This document shows, piece by piece, positions 1 through 8,788 of a stretch of 64,000 bases of DNA. The position numbers were made by a program, and so were the translations under genes. Each line of letters begins with the position of its first letter. Position 1 is the stretch's first letter. A model generated the notes under the pieces. It had not been told where the DNA came from. It saw nothing but the letters and a program-made list of their open reading frames with translations, and made no database searches. Source of the stretch: Nannocystaceae bacterium ST9 (GTDB lineage: Bacteria > Myxococcota_A > Polyangia > Nannocystales > Nannocystaceae). The stretch spans positions 5,633,697-5,697,696 of the forward strand of contig JBLWFJ010000001.1 of assembly GCA_048320885.1 (NCBI GenBank), read 5' to 3'.

Positions 1-1
1 A

Positions 2-206
2 GGCCCTGCGTGGCCTGGCCAGCGACGCGCCCTTCGTGCTCGCGGTCGAGGGTGGGCGCGCGGTCCAGCGCCCGGTCGAGGTCGGCATTCGCGGCGACGA
101 GCGGGTCGAGCTGCTCTCGGGTCTGGCCGACGACGCGTGGGTGATCCGCGACGAGACCCTCGTGGTCGAGAGCGGCGATCGGGTGCGGGCCGAGAGGATC
201 GAGTAG
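2..206 (+). CDS. Efflux periplasmic adaptor (membrane-fusion protein, HlyD/DevB family), C-terminal fragment; 5' end lies outside the window
   Basis: Open frame from the window edge to TAG at 204-206 (…ALRGLASDAPFVLAVEGGRAVQRPVEVGIRGDERVELLSGLADDAWVIRDETLVVESGDRVRAERIE*), typical beta-barrel tail of an MFP. It sits directly upstream of an FtsX permease and an ABC ATPase (devBCA-like order). Confidence 0.5.
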   Translation, partial: ALRGLASDAPFVLAVEGGRAVQRPVEVGIRGDERVELLSGLADDAWVIRDETLVVESGDRVRAERIE

Positions 207-208
207 CG

Positions 209-1423
209 ATGCCGGTCTCGCTCTTCCTGGCGCTGAGCTTCCTGCGCGAGTATCGGACTCAGACCGCGCTCACGCTCGGCGCGGTGGCGGTCGGCGTGGC
301 GGTGATGGTGTTCCTCTCGGCGTTGATCGACGGCCTGCAGGTCAGCCTGATCGCCCGCACGCTGGGCACTCAGGCTCACGTGATCGTCCGGCCGCTCGAA
401 GAGAGCGCCCGCGCGCTGCTGCCCGACGAGGGCCTCCACCTGCGCCACGTCGAGCGGCCCGCCCAGCGCATCCGCTCGATCGCGCAGTGGCAGCGGATCG
501 ACGGCTGGATCCGGGCGGACGCCGACGTGGTCGCGACCTCGCCGGCCGCGATGGGCGACGCGTTCGCGACCCAGGGCTCGGCGAATCGCCCGGTCGTCAT
601 CCTCGGGATCGATCCTGCGCGCTTCGATCAGGTCATCGCGGTCGGCCAGCGGATGACGCGAGGCGTCTATCGACTCGAGGGCGCCGAGGCGGTGATCGGG
701 ATCGAGCTCGCCGGCGATCTCGGCGTCGACGTCGGCGACAAGCTGCGGCTCGAGACGCCGGCGGGGACCGACGCGTTGCTGACGATCCGCGGCGTGTTCG
801 ATCTCGGCAATCAGCAGGTCAACCAGCGCTGGGTCCTGGTCCCGCTGCGGACCGGCCAGACCCTGCTTGGCCTGCCCGGCGGCGCGAACACCCTGCACGT
901 CAAGGTCCGCGAGATCTTCGCGGCCGAGCGCGTGGCCCAGCGGATCGCCGACGACACCGGGCTGTCCGCCGAGAGCTGGATGCAGGCCAATCAGCAGCTC
1001 TTGATCGGGCTGCGCTCGCAGTCGAGCTCGAGCTACACGATCCAGTTCTTCGTGTTCCTCGCGGTCGCGATCGGCATCGCCAGCGTCCTGGTCGTCACGG
1101 TCGTGCAGCGCACCCGCGAGATCGGGATCCTGCGCGCGATGGGGACGCCCCGCCGACGGATCGCGACGGTGTTCGTGATTCAGGGCGGGCTGGTCGGCTT
1201 CGTCGGCTCGCTGCTCGGCGCCGGCCTCGGTGCCGGGCTCTCGGTCTTGTTCGTCCGGCTCTCGCAGAACCCCGACGGCACGGCGATGTTTCCGATCGTG
1301 CTGACCGCGAAGCTGGTGTTCTCGGCCACGGCGCTGGCGACCCTGACCGGAGTGCTGGCCGCCGTCCTGCCCGCGCGGCAGGCCGGTCGACTCGATCCGG
1401 TCGAGGCGATTCGGCATGTCTGA
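209..1423 (+). CDS. ABC exporter permease, FtsX/MacB/DevC family
   Basis: ATG at 209, 3 nt after the upstream stop. N-terminal TM helix, large periplasmic domain, and a C-terminal 3-TM FtsX-like block (…[23 protein letters not shown]…). Its stop overlaps the downstream ATPase start. Confidence 0.8.
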   Translation: MPVSLFLALSFLREYRTQTALTLGAVAVGVAVMVFLSALIDGLQVSLIARTLGTQAHVIVRPLEESARALLPDEGLHLRHVERPAQRIRSIAQWQRIDGWIRADADVVATSPAAMGDAFATQGSANRPVVILGIDPARFDQVIAVGQRMTRGVYRLEGAEAVIGIELAGDLGVDVGDKLRLETPAGTDALLTIRGVFDLGNQQVNQRWVLVPLRTGQTLLGLPGGANTLHVKVREIFAAERVAQRIADDTGLSAESWMQANQQLLIGLRSQSSSSYTIQFFVFLAVAIGIASVLVVTVVQRTREIGILRAMGTPRRRIATVFVIQGGLVGFVGSLLGAGLGAGLSVLFVRLSQNPDGTAMFPIVLTAKLVFSATALATLTGVLAAVLPARQAGRLDPVEAIRHV

Positions 1424-2141
1424 CGAGCCCTTGTTGGCGCTCGCCGGCGTGCGCAAGAGCTACGGCCAGGCGGTCGAGACCGAGGTCCTGCACGGCATCG
1501 ATCTCGAGCTCGCGCGCGGCGAGTTCGCGGCGTTGATCGGTCCTTCGGGCTCCGGCAAGAGCACGCTGCTCAATCTGATCGGCCTGCTCGATCGACCGAC
1601 CCACGGCACGATCCGGATCGCCGGGCGAGACACGGTCGGGCTCGACGAGGCCGCGCTGTCGAGGCTGCGGGCCGAGACGCTCGGCTTCATATTTCAATTC
1701 CACCACTTGATCGGCGCGCTCTCGGTGATCGAGAACCTGTTGATGCCGCTGAGCGTGCGCAGCGGTCGTATGCGCGGCGAGGATCGGGCGCGGGCCCGCG
1801 CGGCGCTGGCCGAGGTCGGGCTGGCCGCGCGCGCCGACGCCCGGCCGAGCGAGCTCTCGGGCGGACAGCAGCAGCGAGTAGCGATCGCCCGCGCGCTCGT
1901 CCATCGACCGGCGCTCGTGCTGGCCGACGAGCCGACCGGCAACCTCGACACCGGCACCGCCAACGACGTGTTCGCGCTGCTTCGTCGCTTCAATCGCGAG
2001 CGCGCGCTCACCTTCTTGATCGTCACCCACGATCCGCGGATGGCCGCCCGCTGCGATCGGATCATCACGCTCGTCGATGGCCTGGTGGCCAGCGACGTCC
2101 CCAACCTCGCGCGTGGGTCGGACGAGTCGAGCGAGCCATGA
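1416..2141 (+). CDS. ABC transporter ATP-binding protein (MacB/LolD/DevA-like)
   Basis: Walker [11 protein letters not shown]-loop, ABC signature [15 protein letters not shown], Walker [14 protein letters not shown]-loop VTHD. Overlaps the permease stop by 8 nt. Confidence 0.92.
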   Translation: MSDEPLLALAGVRKSYGQAVETEVLHGIDLELARGEFAALIGPSGSGKSTLLNLIGLLDRPTHGTIRIAGRDTVGLDEAALSRLRAETLGFIFQFHHLIGALSVIENLLMPLSVRSGRMRGEDRARARAALAEVGLAARADARPSELSGGQQQRVAIARALVHRPALVLADEPTGNLDTGTANDVFALLRRFNRERALTFLIVTHDPRMAARCDRIITLVDGLVASDVPNLARGSDESSEP

Positions 2142-2202
2142 CTGGCGGGGTCGCGGAAGCTGCGCGCTTGACAGCATGGGCGCTCTCGCGGCCCAGTGAC
2201 CC

Positions 2203-4119
2203 ATGCGAGTTCGCTCGATCCCGCGGGGCCTGTCTTCGTCGCTCTCGCTCGCGCTCGGCCTGACCACCGCCTGCCTGAGCGGGTGCAACCCCGACGACGC
2301 GACCGACGACGAGATCGGCGACACCGGGTCCGACTCGGGCAGCGGCGAGTCGAGCGACGCGAGCACGAGCGACACGAGCACGAGCGGCGACACGAGCACG
2401 AGCACGAGCGACACGAGCACGAGCGACACGAGCAGCGACTCGACCAGCGACTCGAGCTCGGACGGCACCGACAGCACGACCGGCGATCCGCCCGATCCCG
2501 CCGACGCCCTGTTCGCGCCCGGGACCATCGCGCAGTTCGACATCGTGCTGAGCGACGCCGAGATCGACGCGCTGAACGTCGACGGCAAGTCCTACGTGCC
2601 CGGCGATCTGACGGTGACGATCGACGGGCAGGCGACCGAGCTGCTCGACATCGGCGTGCGACTCAAGGGCAACTTCGGCTCGTATCGCACGCTCGATCAG
2701 AAGGCCGGCTTCCTGCTCGACTTCAACCGCTACGTCGACATGCAGAAGCTGTTCGGGCTCGGCAAGCTGGCGGTCAACAACATGGTCCAAGACCCCAGCA
2801 TGCAGCGCGAGGTGCTGGGCTACCGGCTGTTCCGCGAGGGCGGGGTCCCAGCGGCTCGCGCCGCGCATGCGGTCGTGACCGTCAACGGCGAGCTCTACGG
2901 GCTCTACACGACCGTCGAGTCGACCGACAACGAGGAGTTCCTCGACACGTGGTTCGGCGATCACGGCGGCAGCCTCTACGAGGGCGCCTACGGCAGCGAC
3001 CTGCTCGCCGACTGGCTGTCGAGCTACGACCAGGACAACGGCCCCGACGTCGGCCTCACCGACCTCGCCGAGCTGATCGCCGCGCTCGACGGCATGACCG
3101 ATCCCGACACCTACGTCAGCGACGTCGACGCCCACGTCGATCTCGATCTCTACCTGACCTACGCCGCGACCTCGCTCTATCTCGGCGACTGGGACGGCTA
3201 CCCCTGGTCGCGCAACAACTACTACATGTATCGCCGACCCAGCGACATGCGCTGGGTGTTCATGCCCTGGGGCATCGATCAGCTCATGGTCGACTACCTC
3301 GATCCCTTCGGCGGTGGCGGCCGGCTCACGCTGATGTGCGCGGCCTCGCTCGAGTGTCGGGCGATGCTGGCCGGCAAGTACGAAGAGGTCGTCGCGCGCG
3401 TCGACGAGCTCGGCCTGGCCGTCGAGGCTCAGAACCTGGCCGACACGCTCTACGACGCCGCGCTCGCCGATCCGCGCAAGGAGTATGCGATCGACGACGT
3501 GCAGGCGACGGTCGCCAGCAACATCGCGTTCTTGACCAACCGCGGGCCGCAGCTGCTCGGCGCGCTGATCTGCACGGACCCGAGCCTGGTCGACGAAGAC
3601 AACGACGGCTACAACGGCTGCGGCCAGGACTGCGACGACTACGACGACGCGGTCAATCCCGGCGCGATGGAGGTCTGCGATCTCGACGACGACAACTGCG
3701 ACGGGCAGTGGGACAACGATCCGGCCTGTCCGCAGTGCATCATCCAGCCCTTGCCCGCGCCGGAGCTCGGCAGCGCGGCGTTCTGCTTCGCGCTGAAGAA
3801 CTGGTCGGCGGCCGAGGTCGACTGCGTCGATCAGGGCGGGCACCTGATCTCGATCCACGATCAGGCGATGCAGGACTTCGTGAGCTCGACCGCGTTCAGC
3901 ATCGCCGGCTCCGACTGGTGGATCGGGATCAACGATCTTTCGCTCGAGAGCACCTTCGCGTGGAGCGACGCCAGTCCGGTCGACTACACGGCGTGGGCCG
4001 GCGGCGAGCCCAACAACGCCGGCGAGGAAGACTGCGGCCACATTGCGCCCTGGGCGGGCGGCGGCTGGAACGACTTGTTCTGCGGATCCGAGATCCGCTA
4101 CATCTGCCGGCTGCCCTGA
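2203..4119 (+). CDS. Lipoprotein with a CotH-like (atypical kinase) domain, MopE-like Cys/Asp metal-binding repeats and a C-terminal C-type lectin domain
   Basis: Signal peptide with lipobox LSGC. S/T/D-rich linker (…TSDTSTSGDTSTSTSDTS…). CotH-like core (…FLLDFNRYVDMQKLFGLGKLAVNNMVQDPSMQREVLGYRLFREGG…). DxDxDGY…CxxDCDD…NPGAxExCDxxDxxCDG motifs. CTLD signature (WWIGINDL…W.DAS…YTAWAGGEPNN…EDCGHI…W…NDL.C….YICR). Confidence 0.8.
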   Translation: MRVRSIPRGLSSSLSLALGLTTACLSGCNPDDATDDEIGDTGSDSGSGESSDASTSDTSTSGDTSTSTSDTSTSDTSSDSTSDSSSDGTDSTTGDPPDPADALFAPGTIAQFDIVLSDAEIDALNVDGKSYVPGDLTVTIDGQATELLDIGVRLKGNFGSYRTLDQKAGFLLDFNRYVDMQKLFGLGKLAVNNMVQDPSMQREVLGYRLFREGGVPAARAAHAVVTVNGELYGLYTTVESTDNEEFLDTWFGDHGGSLYEGAYGSDLLADWLSSYDQDNGPDVGLTDLAELIAALDGMTDPDTYVSDVDAHVDLDLYLTYAATSLYLGDWDGYPWSRNNYYMYRRPSDMRWVFMPWGIDQLMVDYLDPFGGGGRLTLMCAASLECRAMLAGKYEEVVARVDELGLAVEAQNLADTLYDAALADPRKEYAIDDVQATVASNIAFLTNRGPQLLGALICTDPSLVDEDNDGYNGCGQDCDDYDDAVNPGAMEVCDLDDDNCDGQWDNDPACPQCIIQPLPAPELGSAAFCFALKNWSAAEVDCVDQGGHLISIHDQAMQDFVSSTAFSIAGSDWWIGINDLSLESTFAWSDASPVDYTAWAGGEPNNAGEEDCGHIAPWAGGGWNDLFCGSEIRYICRLP

Positions 4120-4124
4120 TTGCC

Positions 4125-4526
4125 GTGTCCGCTTCACTCGACACCCCCTTCGACATGCTCGGCGGTCGCGAGCGCGTGCTCGCGCTGACCGAGGCGTTCT
4201 ACGACGCGATGGAGCGCGACGAGCCGGCGCTGGCGAGCCTGCATCGCTGCGACGCGCCGGGCCGGATCGCTCGACTCACCCGCGATCGCTTCGGGCTCTT
4301 CCTGATCGGCTGGCTCGGCGGGCCGCAGGACTACGTCGAGCAAAACGGGCACCCGCGCCTGCGCATGCGGCATGCACGGGTGCCGATCGATCTGGCCATG
4401 CGCGACGCCTGGCTGCGCTGCATGCAGACGGCGCTCGACGAGACCGGCGTGCGCGGGCCGATCCGCGGCTTCTTGGATCAGCGCTTCGCCGAGGTCGCCG
4501 ACTTCTTGCGCAATCAGCCTGGTTGA
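4125..4526 (+). CDS. Group II truncated haemoglobin (trHbO-like globin)
   Basis: GTG start 5 nt after the upstream stop. FDMLGG…LTEAFYDAMERDE…F…GGP..Y…H…LRMRH.R..I…RDAWL.CM..AL pattern of 2/2 haemoglobins. 133 aa. Confidence 0.7.
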   Translation: MSASLDTPFDMLGGRERVLALTEAFYDAMERDEPALASLHRCDAPGRIARLTRDRFGLFLIGWLGGPQDYVEQNGHPRLRMRHARVPIDLAMRDAWLRCMQTALDETGVRGPIRGFLDQRFAEVADFLRNQPG

Positions 4527-4533
4527 GCCGAGC

Positions 4534-5085
4534 TCAACAATCGGTGGATGTGCACGTCCCACCGCTGCACAAGTAGCACCACGAGGTTCCGCTGATCAGC
4601 GTGACCATGCAGGCCGTCGTCTTCTCCTTGCTGCCCGACAGCTGGTGGCACTCGAGGGTGAGCTCGCTCGGATCGGGTTCGGCGGCCTGGAGATCCTCGA
4701 GCGCGAAGAGCAGAGTTTCGTCGTAGGCGGGGTCGCAGATCGCCACGCCGCCCGCCAGGTTCAGACTGCACGCGGCCAGGTCCGAGCCTTCGGTCACGCT
4801 CTGGCCGTTCGTGTAGAGCGAGAAGGCACTGCCGATCGCGCCCGTCGCCACGTAGAGGGTCTGGCTGGTGCCGGTGATGTGGAGATCGATGTGGCCGGAC
4901 GCGTCGCCATAGTAGTCGGCGATCGCGGCGAGCCGATCTTCGAGCGGGTCGGTCGAACTCGCCATCGAGGGCCCGGCGTCGATGGCCGGACTCGCGTGGC
5001 CGATCAACGCGAAGGGGAGGGTCGCCAAGCCGGCGAGCAACAGGAGGGGTTTGGTCGAGAAGAGCGACGCGATGCGGACGTGCAT
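4534..5085 (-). CDS. Small secreted cysteine-rich protein (hypothetical)
   Basis: The C-terminal 183 codons of a long antisense ORF begin at an ATG (MHVRIASLFSTKPLLLLAGLATLPFALIGHASPA…), a clean signal peptide. The protein ends …GTSWCYLCSGGTCTSTDC. It fills the gap between the globin and the kinase start without overlapping either. Confidence 0.5.
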   Translation of the reverse strand: MHVRIASLFSTKPLLLLAGLATLPFALIGHASPAIDAGPSMASSTDPLEDRLAAIADYYGDASGHIDLHITGTSQTLYVATGAIGSAFSLYTNGQSVTEGSDLAACSLNLAGGVAICDPAYDETLLFALEDLQAAEPDPSELTLECHQLSGSKEKTTACMVTLISGTSWCYLCSGGTCTSTDC

Positions 5086-5151
5086 GCCGGCCTCATTCCC
5101 GCTCGCCTCGGTATCGATCGGGGCGAACGTCCGAAATCGACCGAAGGCCGC

Positions 5152-8100
5152 ATGATGCGTAGTAGCGTCGAGGGCGTGGACCGCTCCTCCACTCCCGAGC
5201 CCGATCGCGCTCGCACGACCCTCCGCGGCGACGAGACGCTGACGGCCGATCCTTCGCGCGCGCACGAGGCCAGGCGAGTCGACGCGGAGCCGCTCGCCCC
5301 TGGTCGGCGGATCGCTCGCTTCACGCTGCTGCGCAAGCTCGGCGAGGGCGGCATGGGCATCGTGCATGCCGCCTACGACGACGAGCTCGATCGCAAGGTC
5401 GCGATCAAGCTGGTCCGCGGCGAGCGGGTCGACGAGCTCGCGCGCGCCCGGGTGCTGCGCGAGGCCCAGGCGCTGGCTCGCGTCTCGCACCCCAACGTCG
5501 TGCAGATCTACGACGTCGGTGTGCACGACGAGCAGATCTACGTGGCGATGGAGTTCGTGGCCGGACCCACGCTCGCGGCCTGGACCGAGGAGTGGCGCGC
5601 GCGAGCGAAGGCCGAGGCCCGCGAGGCCTGGCCGGAGATCCTCGCGCGCTACGTCGACGCCGGGCGCGGGCTGGCGGCGGCCCACGCCGCGGGCTTGGTT
5701 CATCGCGACTTCAAGCCGGCCAACGCGATCGTCGGCGACGACGGGCGCGTGCGGGTGCTCGACTTCGGCATCGCGCGCCCGATCGCCGGCGCGCTGCCTC
5801 GCCTGCGGCCGGTCTCCGAGTCCGGTGGAACGATCGGCGACACGTCGGCCGACACCAACCAGAGCACCACGCTGACCCGGACCGGGGCGATGGTCGGGAC
5901 GCCGGCCTATATGTCGCTCGAGCAATTCGAGAGCGCCGACGTCGACGCGCGCAGCGATCAGTTCAGCTTCTGCGTCGCGCTCTGGGAGGCGTTGCACGGC
6001 GAGCGGCCATTCGAGGGTCGAAACGCGGCGGCGTTGATCTGGGCGATGCGCGAGGGTCGAGTGCGGACGCCGGCGTCGACCAGCGACGTGCCGACCTGGC
6101 TGCGCGATCACATCCGGCGCGGGCTGGCCAGCGATCCGGGCGAGCGCTGGCCCTCGATGGACGCGCTGCTCGCCGCGCTGCTCGACGATCCCGAGCGTCG
6201 GCGTCGACTCTGGCGGCGACGCGCCGGGCTCGGGCTGCTCACGCTCGGCTTGCTCGCCGGCTCGCTGATGTTCGCGCGCGCCCAGATGGCCAGCGCGGAG
6301 CGGGCCCAGGCCGAGCGGGCCATGGCGCTCGAAGAAGAGGCCGTCGCCCAGCGCTGGGCGATCGCGGCCCAGGCCGAGCGCGACCGGGCGCTCGCCGAGG
6401 CCCGAGCCAGCGCGCTGCGAGCCCGCGACACCGCCCGGATCCTCGCCGCCCGCTCGCTGGTCCGCGATCCGACCCTGGCGGTCGCGCTGCTGCGCGAGGT
6501 CGAGAACCGAGCGGCGCCGGGCTGGCGCTCGGCGGCGCTCGAGGTGCTTCAGCGCCCGGTCAGTCGCCACGTGCTGGCGGTCCACGACGATCGGGTGGTC
6601 GACGTCGAGTATAGCCCGGACGGCGCGTGGCTGGCCTCGGCCTCGTTCGACGGCAAGGTCCGGCTCTGGTCGAGCGCCGCGCTCGGCTCGGGCGCCTACT
6701 ACGAGCTCGATCATGGCGATCGCGTGTTCGACATCGACTTCGATCCGAGCGGGCGCCGGCTGGTCGGCGCGTCGCGGGAACGCAGCGCGCGAGTCTGGTC
6801 GTTGCCGACCGCGCCCGCGACTCGACCCGCGCAGCCGCTCGAGGCCAGCCACGTCCTGCGTGGTCAGGCGGGCATCCTGTGGACCGCTCGCTTCTCGTCG
6901 ACGGGTGATCGCGTGGTCACGGCGGCGCGCAGCGGCGAGATCTGGGTGTGGACGCTCGCCGATCGGCGCGAGCCGACGCCGAGCCAGCGGCTCGTGATCG
7001 GCGACGAGATCGTCTGGCACGCCGAGTTCTCGCCCGACGATCGAAACGTCGCGATCGCGGTCAACGACGGTCGCGTGCTGATCTGGGATCTCGAGCGCGA
7101 CGCGGTCCGCGAGCTCTCGCGCCACGCCGGTCCGGCCTGGGTCGCGCACTTCAGCCCCGACGGCCGCTGGATCGCCAGCGCCTCGCAGACGGGCGAGCTG
7201 CGGCTCGATCCGGTCGATCCGAGCCAGGGCGAGGGGACCACGCTGCGTGGTCACACCGGCCCGGTTCAGCGGCTGGCGTTCAGCCCCGACGGACGCACGC
7301 TGGCCAGCTGCTCGCACGACAAGACCGCGCGAGTGTGGACGTTCGACGAAGCGGGCCGACCTCGCGGCGACTCGCGGGTGTTCGAGGTCGGCAGCGCGTT
7401 CGCACTCACGCCCGCGTTCAGCCCGGATGGCCGCTGGCTCGCGCTCGGTGGCGTCGAGCCGATCGTCCGGGTGATCGAGCTCGCCGGCGGACAGGCGATC
7501 GAGCTGCGCGGCCACACCTCCGACGTGTTCTCGCTGCGCTTCAGCCCGGACGGCTCGCAGCTGATCACCGGCTCCTACGATCAGAGCGTGCGGGTCTGGG
7601 ACACCGATTGGGCCGCGGTCGAGCGCCGCTTCGCCGGCTTGCTGGCGCCCGATCCCCGCGGTCGATGGTTGATCGAGCGGCGCAGCGACGAGCGAGCCCG
7701 GCTGTGGCGAATCGACTCGAACCGAATCACCCCGGCCGGGCTGACCCGCGAGCCGCTGGCCGAGAACGCCAATCAGCAGGCGTGGTCGAGCGAGGGCGAC
7801 TGGCTGGTGCTGCCCGGGGCGCGCGGCGAGCTGCTCGGGTTCGAACCCGACGAGGCGAACGTGGCCGAGCTCGCGCCGCGCTGGCGGATCGCCGCGGTCG
7901 GGCCACCGACCAGCCTGCAGATCTCTGCCGACGCTCGCTGGCTGATCGCGGCCACCCGAGTCCGGCTGCGACTCTGGCACTTCGCCGAGGGTCTGGCCGG
8001 AGGTCCACGCGAGGTCGAGCTCGGCGAGTCGGGCTCGCACGAGCCGGCGGTCGCGGTGGTCGCGGTCAGCCTCGACGGGCGCTGGCTGATCTCGACCTCG

Positions 8101-8781
8101 ATCCGCGGCGACGTCCGGATCTCGCAGCTCGATCCCGCGAGCGGGAGCGTCGGCGAGGCGCACGTCTATCCGGGCGTGCAGTCGGGCCGCAACAACGGGA
8201 TCGTGCTCGATCCCGCCGGCGAGTGGGTGGCCATCAGCGCGCTCGATCGCAGCGTTCGCGTCTGGAATTTCGCTCGCCTCGACGAGCCGCCGCTGGTCGC
8301 GATGCTGACCAGCGAGGCGCGCTCGATCATCTACGAAGCAGGGTCGGATCGCGTGCTGCTCGGCTGCTACGACGGCGCCCTGCGTTCGCTCGATCCCCAC
8401 ACCGGCGTGGTCGAGCTGCTCGACGAGGGCAAGGGCACCTTGTTCGCGCTCGAGCTGGCCGCGAACCAGTCTTGGCTGGCGTTCGGGACCGCCAACGGCG
8501 ATCTCGGCGTGCGCGACGATCTGCCCGCGCTCCACTCGAGCGAGCCCTTCGTGCTGCCGACCGAGACCGGGATCCGTCGGCTCGACTTCGTCGACGAGGA
8601 TCGTCGCTTGCTGGTCGCCGACTCGCGCGGGGGTCTGCGCCTGCTCGCGCTCGGCGAGGGGCTCGACGAGGCCAGTCTGCTCGCGCGCCTGCGCGAGGTC
8701 AGCGAGTACTGCCCGAGCGTCGACGAGCGGGTCCGCTACGCCGGCGAGGCGCCCGAGTCCGCGCGGCGCTCGTGCGAGTAG
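5152..8781 (+). CDS. Ser/Thr protein kinase with a C-terminal WD40 beta-propeller
   Basis: Hanks kinase motifs: GEGGMGIVHAA, VAIK, HRDFKPAN, DFGIA, GTPAYMSLEQ. Followed by a coiled/TM segment and many WD40 repeats (…SPDGAWLASASFDGKVRLWS…, …HTGPVQRLAFSPDGRTLASCSHDKTARVWT…). Confidence 0.88.
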   Translation: MMRSSVEGVDRSSTPEPDRARTTLRGDETLTADPSRAHEARRVDAEPLAPGRRIARFTLLRKLGEGGMGIVHAAYDDELDRKVAIKLVRGERVDELARARVLREAQALARVSHPNVVQIYDVGVHDEQIYVAMEFVAGPTLAAWTEEWRARAKAEAREAWPEILARYVDAGRGLAAAHAAGLVHRDFKPANAIVGDDGRVRVLDFGIARPIAGALPRLRPVSESGGTIGDTSADTNQSTTLTRTGAMVGTPAYMSLEQFESADVDARSDQFSFCVALWEALHGERPFEGRNAAALIWAMREGRVRTPASTSDVPTWLRDHIRRGLASDPGERWPSMDALLAALLDDPERRRRLWRRRAGLGLLTLGLLAGSLMFARAQMASAERAQAERAMALEEEAVAQRWAIAAQAERDRALAEARASALRARDTARILAARSLVRDPTLAVALLREVENRAAPGWRSAALEVLQRPVSRHVLAVHDDRVVDVEYSPDGAWLASASFDGKVRLWSSAALGSGAYYELDHGDRVFDIDFDPSGRRLVGASRERSARVWSLPTAPATRPAQPLEASHVLRGQAGILWTARFSSTGDRVVTAARSGEIWVWTLADRREPTPSQRLVIGDEIVWHAEFSPDDRNVAIAVNDGRVLIWDLERDAVRELSRHAGPAWVAHFSPDGRWIASASQTGELRLDPVDPSQGEGTTLRGHTGPVQRLAFSPDGRTLASCSHDKTARVWTFDEAGRPRGDSRVFEVGSAFALTPAFSPDGRWLALGGVEPIVRVIELAGGQAIELRGHTSDVFSLRFSPDGSQLITGSYDQSVRVWDTDWAAVERRFAGLLAPDPRGRWLIERRSDERARLWRIDSNRITPAGLTREPLAENANQQAWSSEGDWLVLPGARGELLGFEPDEANVAELAPRWRIAAVGPPTSLQISADARWLIAATRVRLRLWHFAEGLAGGPREVELGESGSHEPAVAVVAVSLDGRWLISTSIRGDVRISQLDPASGSVGEAHVYPGVQSGRNNGIVLDPAGEWVAISALDRSVRVWNFARLDEPPLVAMLTSEARSIIYEAGSDRVLLGCYDGALRSLDPHTGVVELLDEGKGTLFALELAANQSWLAFGTANGDLGVRDDLPALHSSEPFVLPTETGIRRLDFVDEDRRLLVADSRGGLRLLALGEGLDEASLLARLREVSEYCPSVDERVRYAGEAPESARRSCE

Positions 8782-8788
8782 CGAGCGA

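Noticed and set aside
2065-4137. 690-aa minus-strand ORF and the 776-aa plus ORF (2196..4526) in alternate frames of the CotH/lectin gene
   Set aside because: Frame 2203..4119 carries signal peptide, CotH and CTLD motifs. The alternatives are Arg-rich artefacts. Only the last 133 codons of 2196..4526 (the globin) are real.
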